Source: Candidatus Bathyarchaeia archaeon
GTDB taxonomy: Archaea; Thermoproteota; Bathyarchaeia; 40CM-2-53-6
Assembly (NCBI GenBank): GCA_050013255.1
Contig: JBEKFP010000001.1
Span: 992,001-1,056,000, forward strand
Direction of reading: 5' to 3'
DNA: 64,000 nt
Below, in pieces: positions 1 through 9,618 of the stretch. The translations under genes were made by a program, and so were the position numbers. The notes beneath the pieces are model-generated. The model did no database searches. It had not been told where the DNA came from and saw only the letters and a program-made list of their open reading frames with translations. Position 1 is the first letter of the stretch. Each line of letters starts with the position of its first letter.

Positions 1-1389
1 GAACTGGTAGACAATGTACGCAAATACAACTGCCATCAAGGCTCCGGAGGCTCCTAGAATCGCTTTGGCTTTGCCCTTCTCATTCTTGAGAGCATAACGT
101 ACCGCGGCCACCCCTATGAAGAAGAAATAGATCATTGCCGCAACCACAGCTCCGTAGAGTGCAACCAAAGTACCGTAGAAGAACGAAGCCAATCCAATCA
201 AAACCACAGTGCCTACGAGTTCAATTACCAATGCGACAACCGGTGAACTGGTTTTCGGGCTAATGTACGCTACCTTCTCGGGTAGGAACCGGTCGAAGGA
301 TTGGGCGAAAAGGTATCGTGATAGGACGATGATTCCATAAGCTAAGATAGCCACATTCCAAAGGATCCATCCTAAACCGATGAACCACGTGACGGCTGTA
401 TTGCTTGAGACACCCATTGCGAGAGTCCAGAAGTTGAAGGAGTAATCGTATACTAACTCCGGATTGGCTAACGCACCGTTAATGAAACTGAATCCTCCCG
501 CATAGTACATGCTTGCGAACGCGGCGGTAACAACAACTAGGGTTACCACTGAAGAGATGACTACGTTGTATCTGAGTGCACCCTTGCCCTTAATCTCAGA
601 AGCAACGGCGGGTCCGGCGTTCAACCATGGGTAGACGAAGATTGCGAAGAATGGCAGCATGAATATGGTTGCTCCAAAATCGAAAGTCGGACCGGTGTAA
701 GAGCTAGTAACTGAAGCATATGTTGACTTGGCGCCGATTGAGTTAAGGAAACTCATATAATTTTGCACGCCAGTCGTCCCGGCAGCTAAGAGCGTGAAAA
801 TGGCCACAAATGTTGCCGCTATCGCGATTATTATCGCAACGGCAACAATTTTGAAACCTGCCTTTGGCTTCAGGATGTTGACAGCTATGAGGGCGGCAAA
901 GACTATCGCAGCAATAATGAATTGTCCAACGAGATCGGCTCCTGGGATATTACCTGGTAGCGCCAAGCCTAACATGTTCTCGTATCCGAGTGAAAGTCCA
1001 ACTGACCCTATCGAGAAAACCGCTGCCAAGGCAATGAGAGCCAGATAGGCCATCGTCTCCATCGTGTAGCCCATGAATGATAGGGATCCACCAAAGAATC
1101 CACCATAAACTCGTGAAACCCATACGTAGTCTCCACCGGTTCGGCTGATGCGTGTTGTCATCATCGTGTAGACAATAATTTGCGGGATTGAAAGTATCCA
1201 AGCCAGTATGGAGCCGTAGACTAAATTCACGCCCGAGGTCGATGCGAGCAGCACAGTTGTGAATCCGACGATTCCGAGAGCAGCTCCCCCAGACATGTTG
1301 CTCAAATTCAGACTAACTACGTCCAATAATGAGACGTCTCGGCGCAGCCCTGAAGCCTTTCTAACAAACGCAACAGGTTGGCTTGTCAT
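1..1389 (-). CDS. APC-superfamily amino acid/amine permease, 5' part (runs off the window edge; absent from the ORF track)
   Basis: Manual translation from ATG at 1389: MTSQPVAFVRKASGLRRDVSLLDVVSLNLSNMSGG...ISRTGGDYVWVSR, with many TM segments. It has the same N-terminal FxRxASGLxR and R(S/T/A)GGxYV motifs as the permeases at 29497 and 47549. Confidence 0.9.
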   Translation of the reverse strand, partial: MTSQPVAFVRKASGLRRDVSLLDVVSLNLSNMSGGAALGIVGFTTVLLASTSGVNLVYGSILAWILSIPQIIVYTMMTTRISRTGGDYVWVSRVYGGFFGGSLSFMGYTMETMAYLALIALAAVFSIGSVGLSLGYENMLGLALPGNIPGADLVGQFIIAAIVFAALIAVNILKPKAGFKIVAVAIIIAIAATFVAIFTLLAAGTTGVQNYMSFLNSIGAKSTYASVTSSYTGPTFDFGATIFMLPFFAIFVYPWLNAGPAVASEIKGKGALRYNVVISSVVTLVVVTAAFASMYYAGGFSFINGALANPELVYDYSFNFWTLAMGVSSNTAVTWFIGLGWILWNVAILAYGIIVLSRYLFAQSFDRFLPEKVAYISPKTSSPVVALVIELVGTVVLIGLASFFYGTLVALYGAVVAAMIYFFFIGVAAVRYALKNEKGKAKAILGASGALMAVVFAYIVYQF

Positions 1390-1413
1390 ATCCTTAAGAC
1401 CCGCCAACTACTA

Positions 1414-1429
1414 ATTTAACACCTTCGTA
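1414..1429 (-). promoter_or_regulatory. Probable BRE+TATA promoter of the APC permease (TACGAAGGTGTTAAAT)
   Basis: The TTAAAT box lies about 25 nt upstream of ATG 1389 (leaderless spacing). 14/16 identical to the element at 31116-31131. Confidence 0.55.
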
Positions 1430-1505
1430 TGGTTGTTCCCACCGGTTATAATTCCATACTGACTCATCAGGTTCATGGCTTGCGTTCTGTTGATCTTCAT
1501 GTCGT

Positions 1506-1532
1506 TTTCTCATATGGCAGGAATATGAGAAA
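1506..1532. repeat. Perfect 10-bp inverted repeat (TTTCTCATAT-7 nt-ATATGAGAAA) in the divergent intergenic region
   Basis: Read directly from the sequence; lies between the permease and NTase-like starts. Confidence 0.6.
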
Positions 1533-1550
1533 GTTTCATTTAGGCGGCGA

Positions 1551-2357
1551 GTGGCGGTCTTTCTAATTCTTTGTGTGATGATCTTGGCAAGGTATGGCGA
1601 TGTGCGTCCTGATTTTCTTGACGAGGTACACAGAATTCTGGATGCGGCTAAGGCCGAAGACGTACTGTTGAGGTTACTGGGGTCGCTCGCGTTTCACCTG
1701 CATTGTCCGAAATTTTCGTACATGCAGGGATTGCTCGGTCGCACGTTTACTGACATTGACTTCGCTTCCTACAGAAAGGAAAGCTCCCGAATCACCGAAC
1801 TTTTCACCGAGCTCGGGTATCAATATGACGTACGAGTAAGGGCGCTCTTTGGCTCTAGGCTAGTATTTTTCGACATGAGCGGCACGAGTAGGCATTGCGA
1901 CGTGTTCCTCGACAAGCTAGAGTTCTGTCACGATGTGGTTTTCCAGGATAGGCTCGAAGTTGATAATCCGACTGTGCCACTTGCCGAACTTCTCTTGGAA
2001 AAAATGCAAATAGTCAAACTGAATCAAAAGGACGCCATCGACACTATAATGCTTCTAAGAGAGCATCAGATCGGCGGGTCGGACGATGATACAATTAACG
2101 GAGACTATATAGCGCGTCTTACCGCTCGCGATTGGGGGCTTTGGAGAACATTCACGATCAATCTGGAGAATGTGGGGAAAATGGCTCAAACGCTTGAAAA
2201 GCTCTCTGAAGAGGATGAAAAAGATGTGAATATGAAAATCAAAGCTTTACGCGCTCGTATAGAAAATGAGCCCAAGACGCGTGGCTGGAAGATTAGGTCA
2301 CAAATCGGAGAGAGAAGGAAATGGTACCGAGATGTCGACGAACTCCTGCGCGAATAA
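1551..2357 (+). CDS. Nucleotidyltransferase-fold (Pol-beta superfamily) protein, copy 1; true start may be ~1578
   Basis: LLGSLAF...FTDIDF...HCDVF (G[S/G], DxD, third D), then LLLEKMQ...KDAID. Paralogous to 31376 and 46349. Confidence 0.7.
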   Translation: MAVFLILCVMILARYGDVRPDFLDEVHRILDAAKAEDVLLRLLGSLAFHLHCPKFSYMQGLLGRTFTDIDFASYRKESSRITELFTELGYQYDVRVRALFGSRLVFFDMSGTSRHCDVFLDKLEFCHDVVFQDRLEVDNPTVPLAELLLEKMQIVKLNQKDAIDTIMLLREHQIGGSDDDTINGDYIARLTARDWGLWRTFTINLENVGKMAQTLEKLSEEDEKDVNMKIKALRARIENEPKTRGWKIRSQIGERRKWYRDVDELLRE

Positions 2358-2408
2358 CATTAAATGACTTGCACATCTTTCGGATTATGCGTACCGCTAT
2401 TTCATTCT

Positions 2409-3350
2409 CTAACCGCTTTCCCTAGTGTAAGGGACACCTAATGCCGACGGTTGGCGTGCGCCTCGTGCAATTGCGACTAGAATTGCGAGGGTAAGCAAGT
2501 AGGGGACCATGAGTAGGAAGTAGTAAGGTATTATTGAGCCAATAACCTGGAAGAACGACCCCAGAAGATACGCTGCGCCGAAGAGAAATGTTCCGAAGAA
2601 AGCTCTTGCAGGGCGCCACTTGCCGAAATAAACCATCGCAACGGCAATGAACCCCCTTCCGGCCGTGATGTTCTCTGCCTGAAAGGCATGAGAAGAAATT
2701 GCTAGGTATGCCCCCCCGATTCCTGCCAAAGCTGCGCCCGCAATCACCGCAATGAATCGTATCTTCGCCACGTTGACCCCCAAGGTGTCAGCGGCCGAAG
2801 GATTCTCGCCAACGGCCCTTAGGTTAAGCCCGAACGTTGTCCGCCCAATAATGAGAACGACGATTATGAGTGCGATGAAGGCGAGGTACTCCATTATGTC
2901 CTGTGAAAAGAGTGAATCACCTAGTACGGGAACCGAGGATAGGATTGGGATTGGTAACTTTGGGAGGCCTTCAATTCGGATGGTAGTACGAATTTGGCCG
3001 AACAGAGCTTCGTAGACGAATCCTGAAAGTCCGAGGCCGAGGAAGTAGATTCCGAGTCCCGAGAGTATCTGGTTCTGTTTCAAGCTGATTGAGATAAAAG
3101 CCATCAAAAGACCGAGTAGCGCCCCACAGAATGCACCCAAGAGTACACCAAGCAAGTTCCCATGTAGGAAGAAACTAACTGAGAATGCAGAGATTGCTCC
3201 AACGAGCATGACTCCTTCTGTGCCAAGATTTATCACGCCACCTCGTTCGCTAATGACCTCGCCCAGTGCTGCGAAGGCCATTGGAACGCTCAATTCTAAC
3301 ATTGATGAAATTAGACCTGAGATTGCTGCAGCATCAAGGACAACGCCCAA
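2409..3350 (-). CDS. Nucleoside/purine ABC transporter permease (CUT2/BMP-associated)
   Basis: ERGGVINLGTEG, LRAVGENPSAADTLG, GRGFIAVA, FGKWRP motifs. Confidence 0.9.
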   Translation of the reverse strand: MGVVLDAAAISGLISSMLELSVPMAFAALGEVISERGGVINLGTEGVMLVGAISAFSVSFFLHGNLLGVLLGAFCGALLGLLMAFISISLKQNQILSGLGIYFLGLGLSGFVYEALFGQIRTTIRIEGLPKLPIPILSSVPVLGDSLFSQDIMEYLAFIALIIVVLIIGRTTFGLNLRAVGENPSAADTLGVNVAKIRFIAVIAGAALAGIGGAYLAISSHAFQAENITAGRGFIAVAMVYFGKWRPARAFFGTFLFGAAYLLGSFFQVIGSIIPYYFLLMVPYLLTLAILVAIARGARQPSALGVPYTRESG

Positions 3351-3353
3351 TTC

Positions 3354-4454
3354 CTAACTCCTCCTGATTTCGTACCTAGCGAAAACCTGGATGATGAGGA
3401 TTAGAACTATGATTACTCCTTGGGACAGCAATGATAAGGTTTGGGGAATTTGAAGTGCTCTCTCGACCGAGGACATCCCCGAAATGAGGCTTCCAAAGAA
3501 TATCGATGAGAAGATCACGCCTAATGGATGCAGGTTTCCAAGCAGGGAGACCACGACCGCAGTGTAGCCGAGTCCTGAAGCTTGTTCTGGCAACAACTCA
3601 TGGGTGATACCCAGTATGTAGACTCCTCCTCCCAACCCACACAAGGCGCCACTCAGGAACATCGCTGAATTGACCACACGTTTTACTGGAATCCCGCTGG
3701 TCTTAGCTGCTGACGGGTTTAATCCAACTGCACGTATTGTATATCCGAGGGGTGTCTTGAAGAGAATATAGTACGCCAAGACACATGCTGCGACGGATAC
3801 AACGATGCCGACGTTTAAGCTCGACTGGCGCAGAATGATCGGTAGGGAAGTTTCTTGCGGGAAGATGGGTGACTCAGGATAACTTCCCGGAATCGTTTTG
3901 TCTTGGAAGGGCCCTCTTACAAGCCAGTTGAGAGCGTCGATTGCGACATAGTTCATCATGATCGTTGTTATGACCTCGTTAATTCCGAGTCTCGACTTCA
4001 TCAGGGCGGGGACGCCAGCGAACAAACCTCCGCCCAAAAGCGACAGTGCTAGGGCAAGGGGAATCATGACGTAGGAAGGCATTGGCGCTTTCAAGAAGAG
4101 TAATACAAACCATGTTACGGCGATAGCGCCGAAGATTTGTTGTCCTTCAGCGCCGATATTCCAGACTTTGCAGCGGAAAGCAATGACCAGGCCCACAGCC
4201 ATCAGCATGAGAGGCGTCGCTTGTACAATTGATTCAGCAAACCCTGCCTGAGTCCCTATAGTTCCCCTGTAGAGAGCGTCCAACGCCACAATCGGGTTCT
4301 TTCCGGCGGCTGCCAGAACTAACAGAACGACAAGGGGCGAAACAATGTAGGCGAACACCGTGACCGTCAACATGGCTCTGCGGCTTACATCTAGACGCTG
4401 AGTTACCTTGAATCCAAGCAAGCCGTCACGCCGCCAAAGACATCTTCTTGGCAC
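3354..4454 (-). CDS. Nucleoside/purine ABC transporter permease (true start probably ~4421)
   Basis: WNIGAEGQ, INEVITTIMMNY, IRAVGLNPSAA, LLGNLHPLG motifs. Confidence 0.9.
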   Translation of the reverse strand: MPRRCLWRRDGLLGFKVTQRLDVSRRAMLTVTVFAYIVSPLVVLLVLAAAGKNPIVALDALYRGTIGTQAGFAESIVQATPLMLMAVGLVIAFRCKVWNIGAEGQQIFGAIAVTWFVLLFLKAPMPSYVMIPLALALSLLGGGLFAGVPALMKSRLGINEVITTIMMNYVAIDALNWLVRGPFQDKTIPGSYPESPIFPQETSLPIILRQSSLNVGIVVSVAACVLAYYILFKTPLGYTIRAVGLNPSAAKTSGIPVKRVVNSAMFLSGALCGLGGGVYILGITHELLPEQASGLGYTAVVVSLLGNLHPLGVIFSSIFFGSLISGMSSVERALQIPQTLSLLSQGVIIVLILIIQVFARYEIRRS

Positions 4455-5991
4455 CCGTCATCAGGAGGCCGATTTCTTTTAGATTGAATTGTCCTGGTTC
4501 GAGTAGCCCGACTATCTGACCTTTGTACATGACTGCGACTCTGTCGCTTAGAGTGATCAACTCTGATAAGTCCTCATCCACTAGCAGTACCGCAGCGCCT
4601 CGATTCCGTTGTTGGACCAATATGCTCCTGACGAATTCTGTTGCAGCTATATCGAGGCCACGCGTCGGTTGAGAAACCACAATTAGCGAGGGCTGCCCAG
4701 ACAGTTCTCTTGCTAGAATTAGTTTCTGGAGGTTCCCTCCAGACAATGATCTCGCTTTGGCTGAAATACCCGTCGTCATGATGCTGAATTGCTTGACGGC
4801 TTCCTCTCCTCTGCGAGTGATCTCTTTGTCATTCAGTAGCGTTGGAATCCTATCCACGAGCCTATTGCAGATTGGCGGTTTGTCAAAATCTTTGAGAATC
4901 ATGTTTTCGTCTAAACGAAAGTCTGCGATACTGGCGTCCTCGATCCTGTTTTCGGGCACATAGGCAAGCCCCAAGTCGATCATCCTTCTAGGTGGTCTAC
5001 CAGTGATGTCCTTACATGCAAACTTCAACGATCCTGAGGAGGGTTTTCTCAGCCCCACAATTGCTTGAACAAGTTCCCTTTGGCCATTCCCAGAGACGCC
5101 GGCTATGCCGATGATTTCCGCTTTTCGAACATCGAAGGTGACGCCCTTGACTGCTTCAAGACCTCTGTCATCATATACGGACAGCTGTCTTACTTCTAGA
5201 ACAATTTCTCCCGCACCAGTCCTCGTCTTATCGGCTATTGGAGGGATTTCCTCTCCAACCATCATGTGGGCTAACTTCTCCTTGTTCACCACTTGAGTTG
5301 GCTGCGTTGCAACTTTGCGGCCTTTTCTGAGAACCGTGACGCGGTCGGTGACATCCATTACTTCGTCGAGCTTGTGAGTGATTAGAACGATGGAGATTCC
5401 ACTCTGTTTCAATCCCCGTAGTGAGTTAAAGAAATCGTTAACCTCAGTGGGGGCAAGAACGGAGGTGGGTTCGTCTAGAATCAGAATTTTCGCATCACGG
5501 TATAACGCCTTGAGTATCTCGACACGTTGGAGTTCTCCCACCGCGAGTTGCCAGATCTGGGCCCGGGGGTCGACATGCAGACCATGTTTTTCTGCCAAGC
5601 TTGAAATTCTAGCCTCCGCGGAGGCTAGGTCCGTTAGAATTCCTTTCGGGGACTTTAATCCCAGAACAATGTTCTCAACTACGGTCATGTCGCTTACGAG
5701 CTTGAAGTGTTGATGTACCATCCCAATACCGTGTTTAATTGCGTCTGATGGTGATCTGAACGCGGCTGGTTGACCGAAAATGTCAATTGAGCCTGCATCT
5801 GGCTGATAAAATCCGTACAGGATATTCATGAGTGTAGTCTTGCCGGCACCGTTCTCCCCCAAAAGCCCATGTATTTCACCAGCATGAAGCTCAAATTCAA
5901 TCATATCATTCGCTACGACGCCGCCAGGAAATTTTTTCACAATACCATGCATTACAACGGCGGAAGTTTTGTTGTCCATTTCGTCTGCCAC
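4426..5991 (-). CDS. ABC transporter ATP-binding protein with two NBDs (CUT2 type)
   Basis: GENGAGKT, ILDEPT, GVSGNGQ, LSGGNLQK, QPTRGLD. Confidence 0.93.
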   Translation of the reverse strand: MADEMDNKTSAVVMHGIVKKFPGGVVANDMIEFELHAGEIHGLLGENGAGKTTLMNILYGFYQPDAGSIDIFGQPAAFRSPSDAIKHGIGMVHQHFKLVSDMTVVENIVLGLKSPKGILTDLASAEARISSLAEKHGLHVDPRAQIWQLAVGELQRVEILKALYRDAKILILDEPTSVLAPTEVNDFFNSLRGLKQSGISIVLITHKLDEVMDVTDRVTVLRKGRKVATQPTQVVNKEKLAHMMVGEEIPPIADKTRTGAGEIVLEVRQLSVYDDRGLEAVKGVTFDVRKAEIIGIAGVSGNGQRELVQAIVGLRKPSSGSLKFACKDITGRPPRRMIDLGLAYVPENRIEDASIADFRLDENMILKDFDKPPICNRLVDRIPTLLNDKEITRRGEEAVKQFSIMTTGISAKARSLSGGNLQKLILARELSGQPSLIVVSQPTRGLDIAATEFVRSILVQQRNRGAAVLLVDEDLSELITLSDRVAVMYKGQIVGLLEPGQFNLKEIGLLMTGAKKMSLAA

Positions 5992-6037
5992 TTGCGGTCC
6001 CGTTACCTCGCGTTCTTGCGGACAAAAATGGGAAGGG

Positions 6038-6058
6038 AAGCCCTCAAAGCGAGGGCTT
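6038..6058 (-). terminator. Intercistronic hairpin after the substrate-binding protein gene
   Basis: Perfect 8-bp stem AAGCCCTC/GAGGGCTT followed on the minus strand by a pyrimidine tract and TTTTT. Confidence 0.6.
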
Positions 6059-6066
6059 GTGGACTT

Positions 6067-7260
6067 TTAGGAAACAATGCGTGCCTGCTGCAGACCGATG
6101 GCAATGAAGAGGCTCGTCTGGATGGATAGGAGTGATGTTCCGATTGTCAATGGACCCAGTGGGTTGGTCTGAATTTGGCCGCTTTGGACTTGAGATGCAA
6201 TGGTCATGACTTCTTGTTGAACGGCTGCTGGGACGTTATTGGTGTTCAGTTCGATTTCCAGCCCTCCGGTCTGGAGGTTTGCCCAGTATTTCCCGTTTGT
6301 CTTACCCGCCGCTACGTCAGCAAGCCATTGTTTCATTACTGCGTCCCATTTCCAAGAGCCGCTACCGAGGACCAATTTCTCAGCGCCTACTGGTGGGTTA
6401 TCTGCGATGTCAACGCCGTTACCGATCAGATACACGTTCTTCTCGATTGCGCCTTCAATTGTTCCTAGTACGACGCCGTCGCCCATCGTTGCGATTACGT
6501 CGGCTCCCTGGCTTGCCATCAATTCAGCATCGGATTTGGCGCCCTGCAAATCGTGGAAGTCACCCACTGCGACAACACTGATGCTACCGCCTGGCTGAAT
6601 GCCATTGCCGCCACCCGGAAGTGGTCCATATGTGTACGTTATGTTGGAGTTTGCGTCATGGGCTCCTTGCGCAAAGTTAGGTTCGAATCTTGCAAGTTCA
6701 GCGACTCTTGCACCCATTACGTATCCGATCTTGTTGGTGTGAGACATTTTTCCGGCGAGGTAGCCGAGAATGTACCCGGTTTGGTCCGTTCGGACATCTG
6801 CGATGGCAAGGTTTGGTAGTGAGTTATTCCATCCTGCGATCACTAGGAAGTTTGTGTTGGGGTATTGTGGAGCAATTTCCTGAATGGGGATCTGGAACTC
6901 GAAACCGGAACCGATGATCAGGTTGTATCCTTTGCTGACGAAGTCTCTGACGTCAGCCTGAATCTGAGCGCTTTCTTGGTGGTTTTGTACCCAGCATCCG
7001 CAGGTGTTTATGCCCTCGTTCCTGTTGGTCAGTAGGTCTTCGAATGAATTGTAGCTTGCTTGGTTCCATGCAAGGTCGTCTGTTCGGCCGGGCATTATCA
7101 ATGCGATTTTCATCGGCGCGCTTGTCATGGATTCAGTTATTGAAGTGTTTGTGGCGGGTACCGTTGGCTTCTGTGTAAGGTAGAATGCTGCGCCAGCGAC
7201 GATGATGATAACTACGATTGCTACAGCAGCGATTGTTTTGTTGTTCTTTGCTTGGCTCAT
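6067..7260 (-). CDS. BMP-family (PnrA-like) ABC substrate-binding protein with N-terminal membrane anchor
   Basis: N-terminal TM helix, Thr/Ser linker, DDLAWNQ, GYNLIIGSGFEF, GYILGYLAGKMS..KIGYV, GADVI. Confidence 0.88.
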   Translation of the reverse strand: MSQAKNNKTIAAVAIVVIIIVAGAAFYLTQKPTVPATNTSITESMTSAPMKIALIMPGRTDDLAWNQASYNSFEDLLTNRNEGINTCGCWVQNHQESAQIQADVRDFVSKGYNLIIGSGFEFQIPIQEIAPQYPNTNFLVIAGWNNSLPNLAIADVRTDQTGYILGYLAGKMSHTNKIGYVMGARVAELARFEPNFAQGAHDANSNITYTYGPLPGGGNGIQPGGSISVVAVGDFHDLQGAKSDAELMASQGADVIATMGDGVVLGTIEGAIEKNVYLIGNGVDIADNPPVGAEKLVLGSGSWKWDAVMKQWLADVAAGKTNGKYWANLQTGGLEIELNTNNVPAAVQQEVMTIASQVQSGQIQTNPLGPLTIGTSLLSIQTSLFIAIGLQQARIVS

Positions 7261-7303
7261 AATGTATATTCAACTCTCCGTAACCGAGAGTGGCTGGTTC
7301 CAA

Positions 7304-8074
7304 CTAGATATAATTTGCGAAGGCTTCCCAGCCACGGTTATGCTGAAACAGCCACGTTTCCATAGCCAATGGCACGAATACGCTTTCAGTCGCGGATGTG
7401 GCGACGGGATTTAGCTTGTAGCCTATCAGACTTTGGGTGACTTTCTCATGGTCGTTATAGAATTCGCCGTACACAACTTGTCCCAATCCGGTGTCAAACC
7501 ACAAGGTCTCTGACAAAGTTCCATTCTGCATAACCATGATCTTGAATGCTTGGAATTGGCCGAGAGGAGTCGAAACCTCATCCATTGACGAAGTTATTCT
7601 CACCTGTAAGAGCAATGCAGTCGAAGTGATGGTTGTGTTATTCAGCTTGGTTATGGTTAGCACTGTGCTCTTCACATTCCATTGGTCTCCAACATGGAAG
7701 GGGACTTGAAAGAGTTGGACAGGTGGTTTGTAGGTTATTGTGGAGTTAGCGAGTAGGTTTCCGATAGCTGGCGTGAACGTTCTGACTTCATGCCAATCAA
7801 GCGTGATCCAGAGGTATTGAGTCGAAATATGGTGTGGATCATCGCGTAGAATCATGTACGTTTCTGTACCATTCAAATCGATAATTCCTCTGACTGACTC
7901 GGTTAACTGGTAGCTTTCAGAATCAGGAAATACAATCTTGTAGTTCCAGCTGTCCCCCACCGCCAATCGGCGACTCAACGCACCTTTCGACTCATGCCAC
8001 CTGATTGCTAGTGGATAGAAAACCACGAGGGCCGTCACCAAAAGTCCCAGTGCAATGATAGAGCGTTTTGACAG
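7304..8074 (-). CDS. Hypothetical membrane-anchored or secreted beta-rich protein (ORF track start 8041; possible CTG start at 8074)
   Basis: LAVGDSWNY, PFHVGDQW, EVSTPLGQFQAFK, LWFDTGLGQV pattern typical of secreted beta-sheet proteins. The N-terminal signal anchor extends in frame to 8074. Confidence 0.65.
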   Translation of the reverse strand: MSKRSIIALGLLVTALVVFYPLAIRWHESKGALSRRLAVGDSWNYKIVFPDSESYQLTESVRGIIDLNGTETYMILRDDPHHISTQYLWITLDWHEVRTFTPAIGNLLANSTITYKPPVQLFQVPFHVGDQWNVKSTVLTITKLNNTTITSTALLLQVRITSSMDEVSTPLGQFQAFKIMVMQNGTLSETLWFDTGLGQVVYGEFYNDHEKVTQSLIGYKLNPVATSATESVFVPLAMETWLFQHNRGWEAFANYI

Positions 8075-8169
8075 AATCCGCCCGCCTTTCTATACTTGTC
8101 AGGTTTGTTGCACAGGGAATTCAATTAAAGCAGACCCGTGCAACTCAGGCACCCGGCGAAGTGGTCATC

Positions 8170-9561
8170 ATGGCATCTATTCTGATTTCCGGCGGGACAG
8201 TCATAACCATGGATGCGAATCGGCGGATTATTAGGGACGGAGCGGTTCGGGTCGAAAACGACCGTATCGCCGAAGTGGGGAAGGCAGACCAAATTGGGGT
8301 GCATCCGCGGCCTGAGTACGAAATAGACGCGAAAGGGATGGTCGTCCTTCCGGGGCTAATTGATACGCACGTTCACCTCGCCCAAGCTCTTATTCGTGGA
8401 TGTGCGGACGATACATCATTAATAGATTGGCTTCAGAAATTTGTCTGGCCCCTTCAAGGCAACTTCGAAGCAGGGGATGGGAAGGCAAGTGCCAATCTGT
8501 GCATGCTTGAAATGATAAAATCCGGAACGACAACCTTCCTCGAGAGCCTACTGCACACGCGTTACGGCTTCGATGGCATAGCCGAAAGCGTGCAGAAGTC
8601 AGGAATGCGTGGCATCCTCTCAAAGACTGTTATGGGATTGCCGGGCTACGGAACCGAAAAAAGCATAATGCATCCCGGAATGATCGAAGACGCTGAAACC
8701 TGCCTTCGCGAAGTCGAATCACACTTCAAACGGTGGGACGGCAAAGCGAACGAGAGGATTAAGGTTTGGTATGGTGCTCGGTCGCTTGGTGGCTGCACAA
8801 AAGACCTGTACGAACGTATCGCAAACGGCGCTCGGGGTCTCGGAACCGGAGTAACGATGCACCTGAGTGAGGTTCAGGAGGACGTTCGGTATGCCAAGAA
8901 AGAGTTCGGAATGATGCCAGCGGAATTCATGAATAAAGTCGGTTTAGTGGGCCAGAATGTTGTTTTCGCCCACGGGGTCTGGCTCACTGAGAAGGAATGG
9001 CGAATATTGGCCGATAAGGGAGGTAGTGTTGCCCATTGCCCATCATCTAACATGAAGCTTGCATCTGGAATTGCGAAGGTCCCGGAGATGTTGCGAGCGG
9101 GAGTGAATGTGGGTCTCGGATGTGACGGTGGCCCAAGCAACAACTGCTACGACATTGTTCGTGAAATGAAAACGGCTTCGCTACTTCAAAAGGCAAGGTT
9201 GCTCGACCCACTAGTGATGAGTGCTGAGACGGTTCTGGAAATGGCCACGATCCACGGAGCAAAAGCCATTGGCCAGCAGAAAGACTTGGGGTCGATCGAG
9301 GTGGATAAGAAGGCTGATGTAATCTTGATAGCACTGAACAAACCTCACCTGACACCGGTTTTCAACCCAGTTTCACACCTCATTTACGCGGCGGAGGGAA
9401 CCGATGTCGAAACTGTGATAATTGATGGAGAAGTCGTAATGGAAAACAGAAACCTCAAAACACTCGAAGAGGAGGAAGTCCTCAAAGAGGCAAACGAAAG
9501 GGGCCAAAAGCTCTTGGAAAGGGCGGGTCTCGAAATCGAACCCAAGTGGGCGGTTTCCTAA
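8170..9561 (+). CDS. Amidohydrolase of the MtaD/SsnA/AtzA-like nucleobase/nucleoside deaminase family
   Basis: PGLIDTHVH, MHLSE, HCPSSNMKLASG, GCDGGPSNN. ATG 8170 preferred to the ORF-track TTG 8068. Confidence 0.88.
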   Translation: MASILISGGTVITMDANRRIIRDGAVRVENDRIAEVGKADQIGVHPRPEYEIDAKGMVVLPGLIDTHVHLAQALIRGCADDTSLIDWLQKFVWPLQGNFEAGDGKASANLCMLEMIKSGTTTFLESLLHTRYGFDGIAESVQKSGMRGILSKTVMGLPGYGTEKSIMHPGMIEDAETCLREVESHFKRWDGKANERIKVWYGARSLGGCTKDLYERIANGARGLGTGVTMHLSEVQEDVRYAKKEFGMMPAEFMNKVGLVGQNVVFAHGVWLTEKEWRILADKGGSVAHCPSSNMKLASGIAKVPEMLRAGVNVGLGCDGGPSNNCYDIVREMKTASLLQKARLLDPLVMSAETVLEMATIHGAKAIGQQKDLGSIEVDKKADVILIALNKPHLTPVFNPVSHLIYAAEGTDVETVIIDGEVVMENRNLKTLEEEEVLKEANERGQKLLERAGLEIEPKWAVS

Positions 9562-9618
9562 GAATCTACCATAAGGTTCAAGTTTGAAGTAGCGTTGCGA
9601 AATGGTGGTCTGAGGCAA

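Noticed and set aside
794-1201. ORF-track entries 794-1048 (+) and 950-1201 (-)
   Set aside because: Shadow ORFs of the real APC permease frame 1-1389 (minus).
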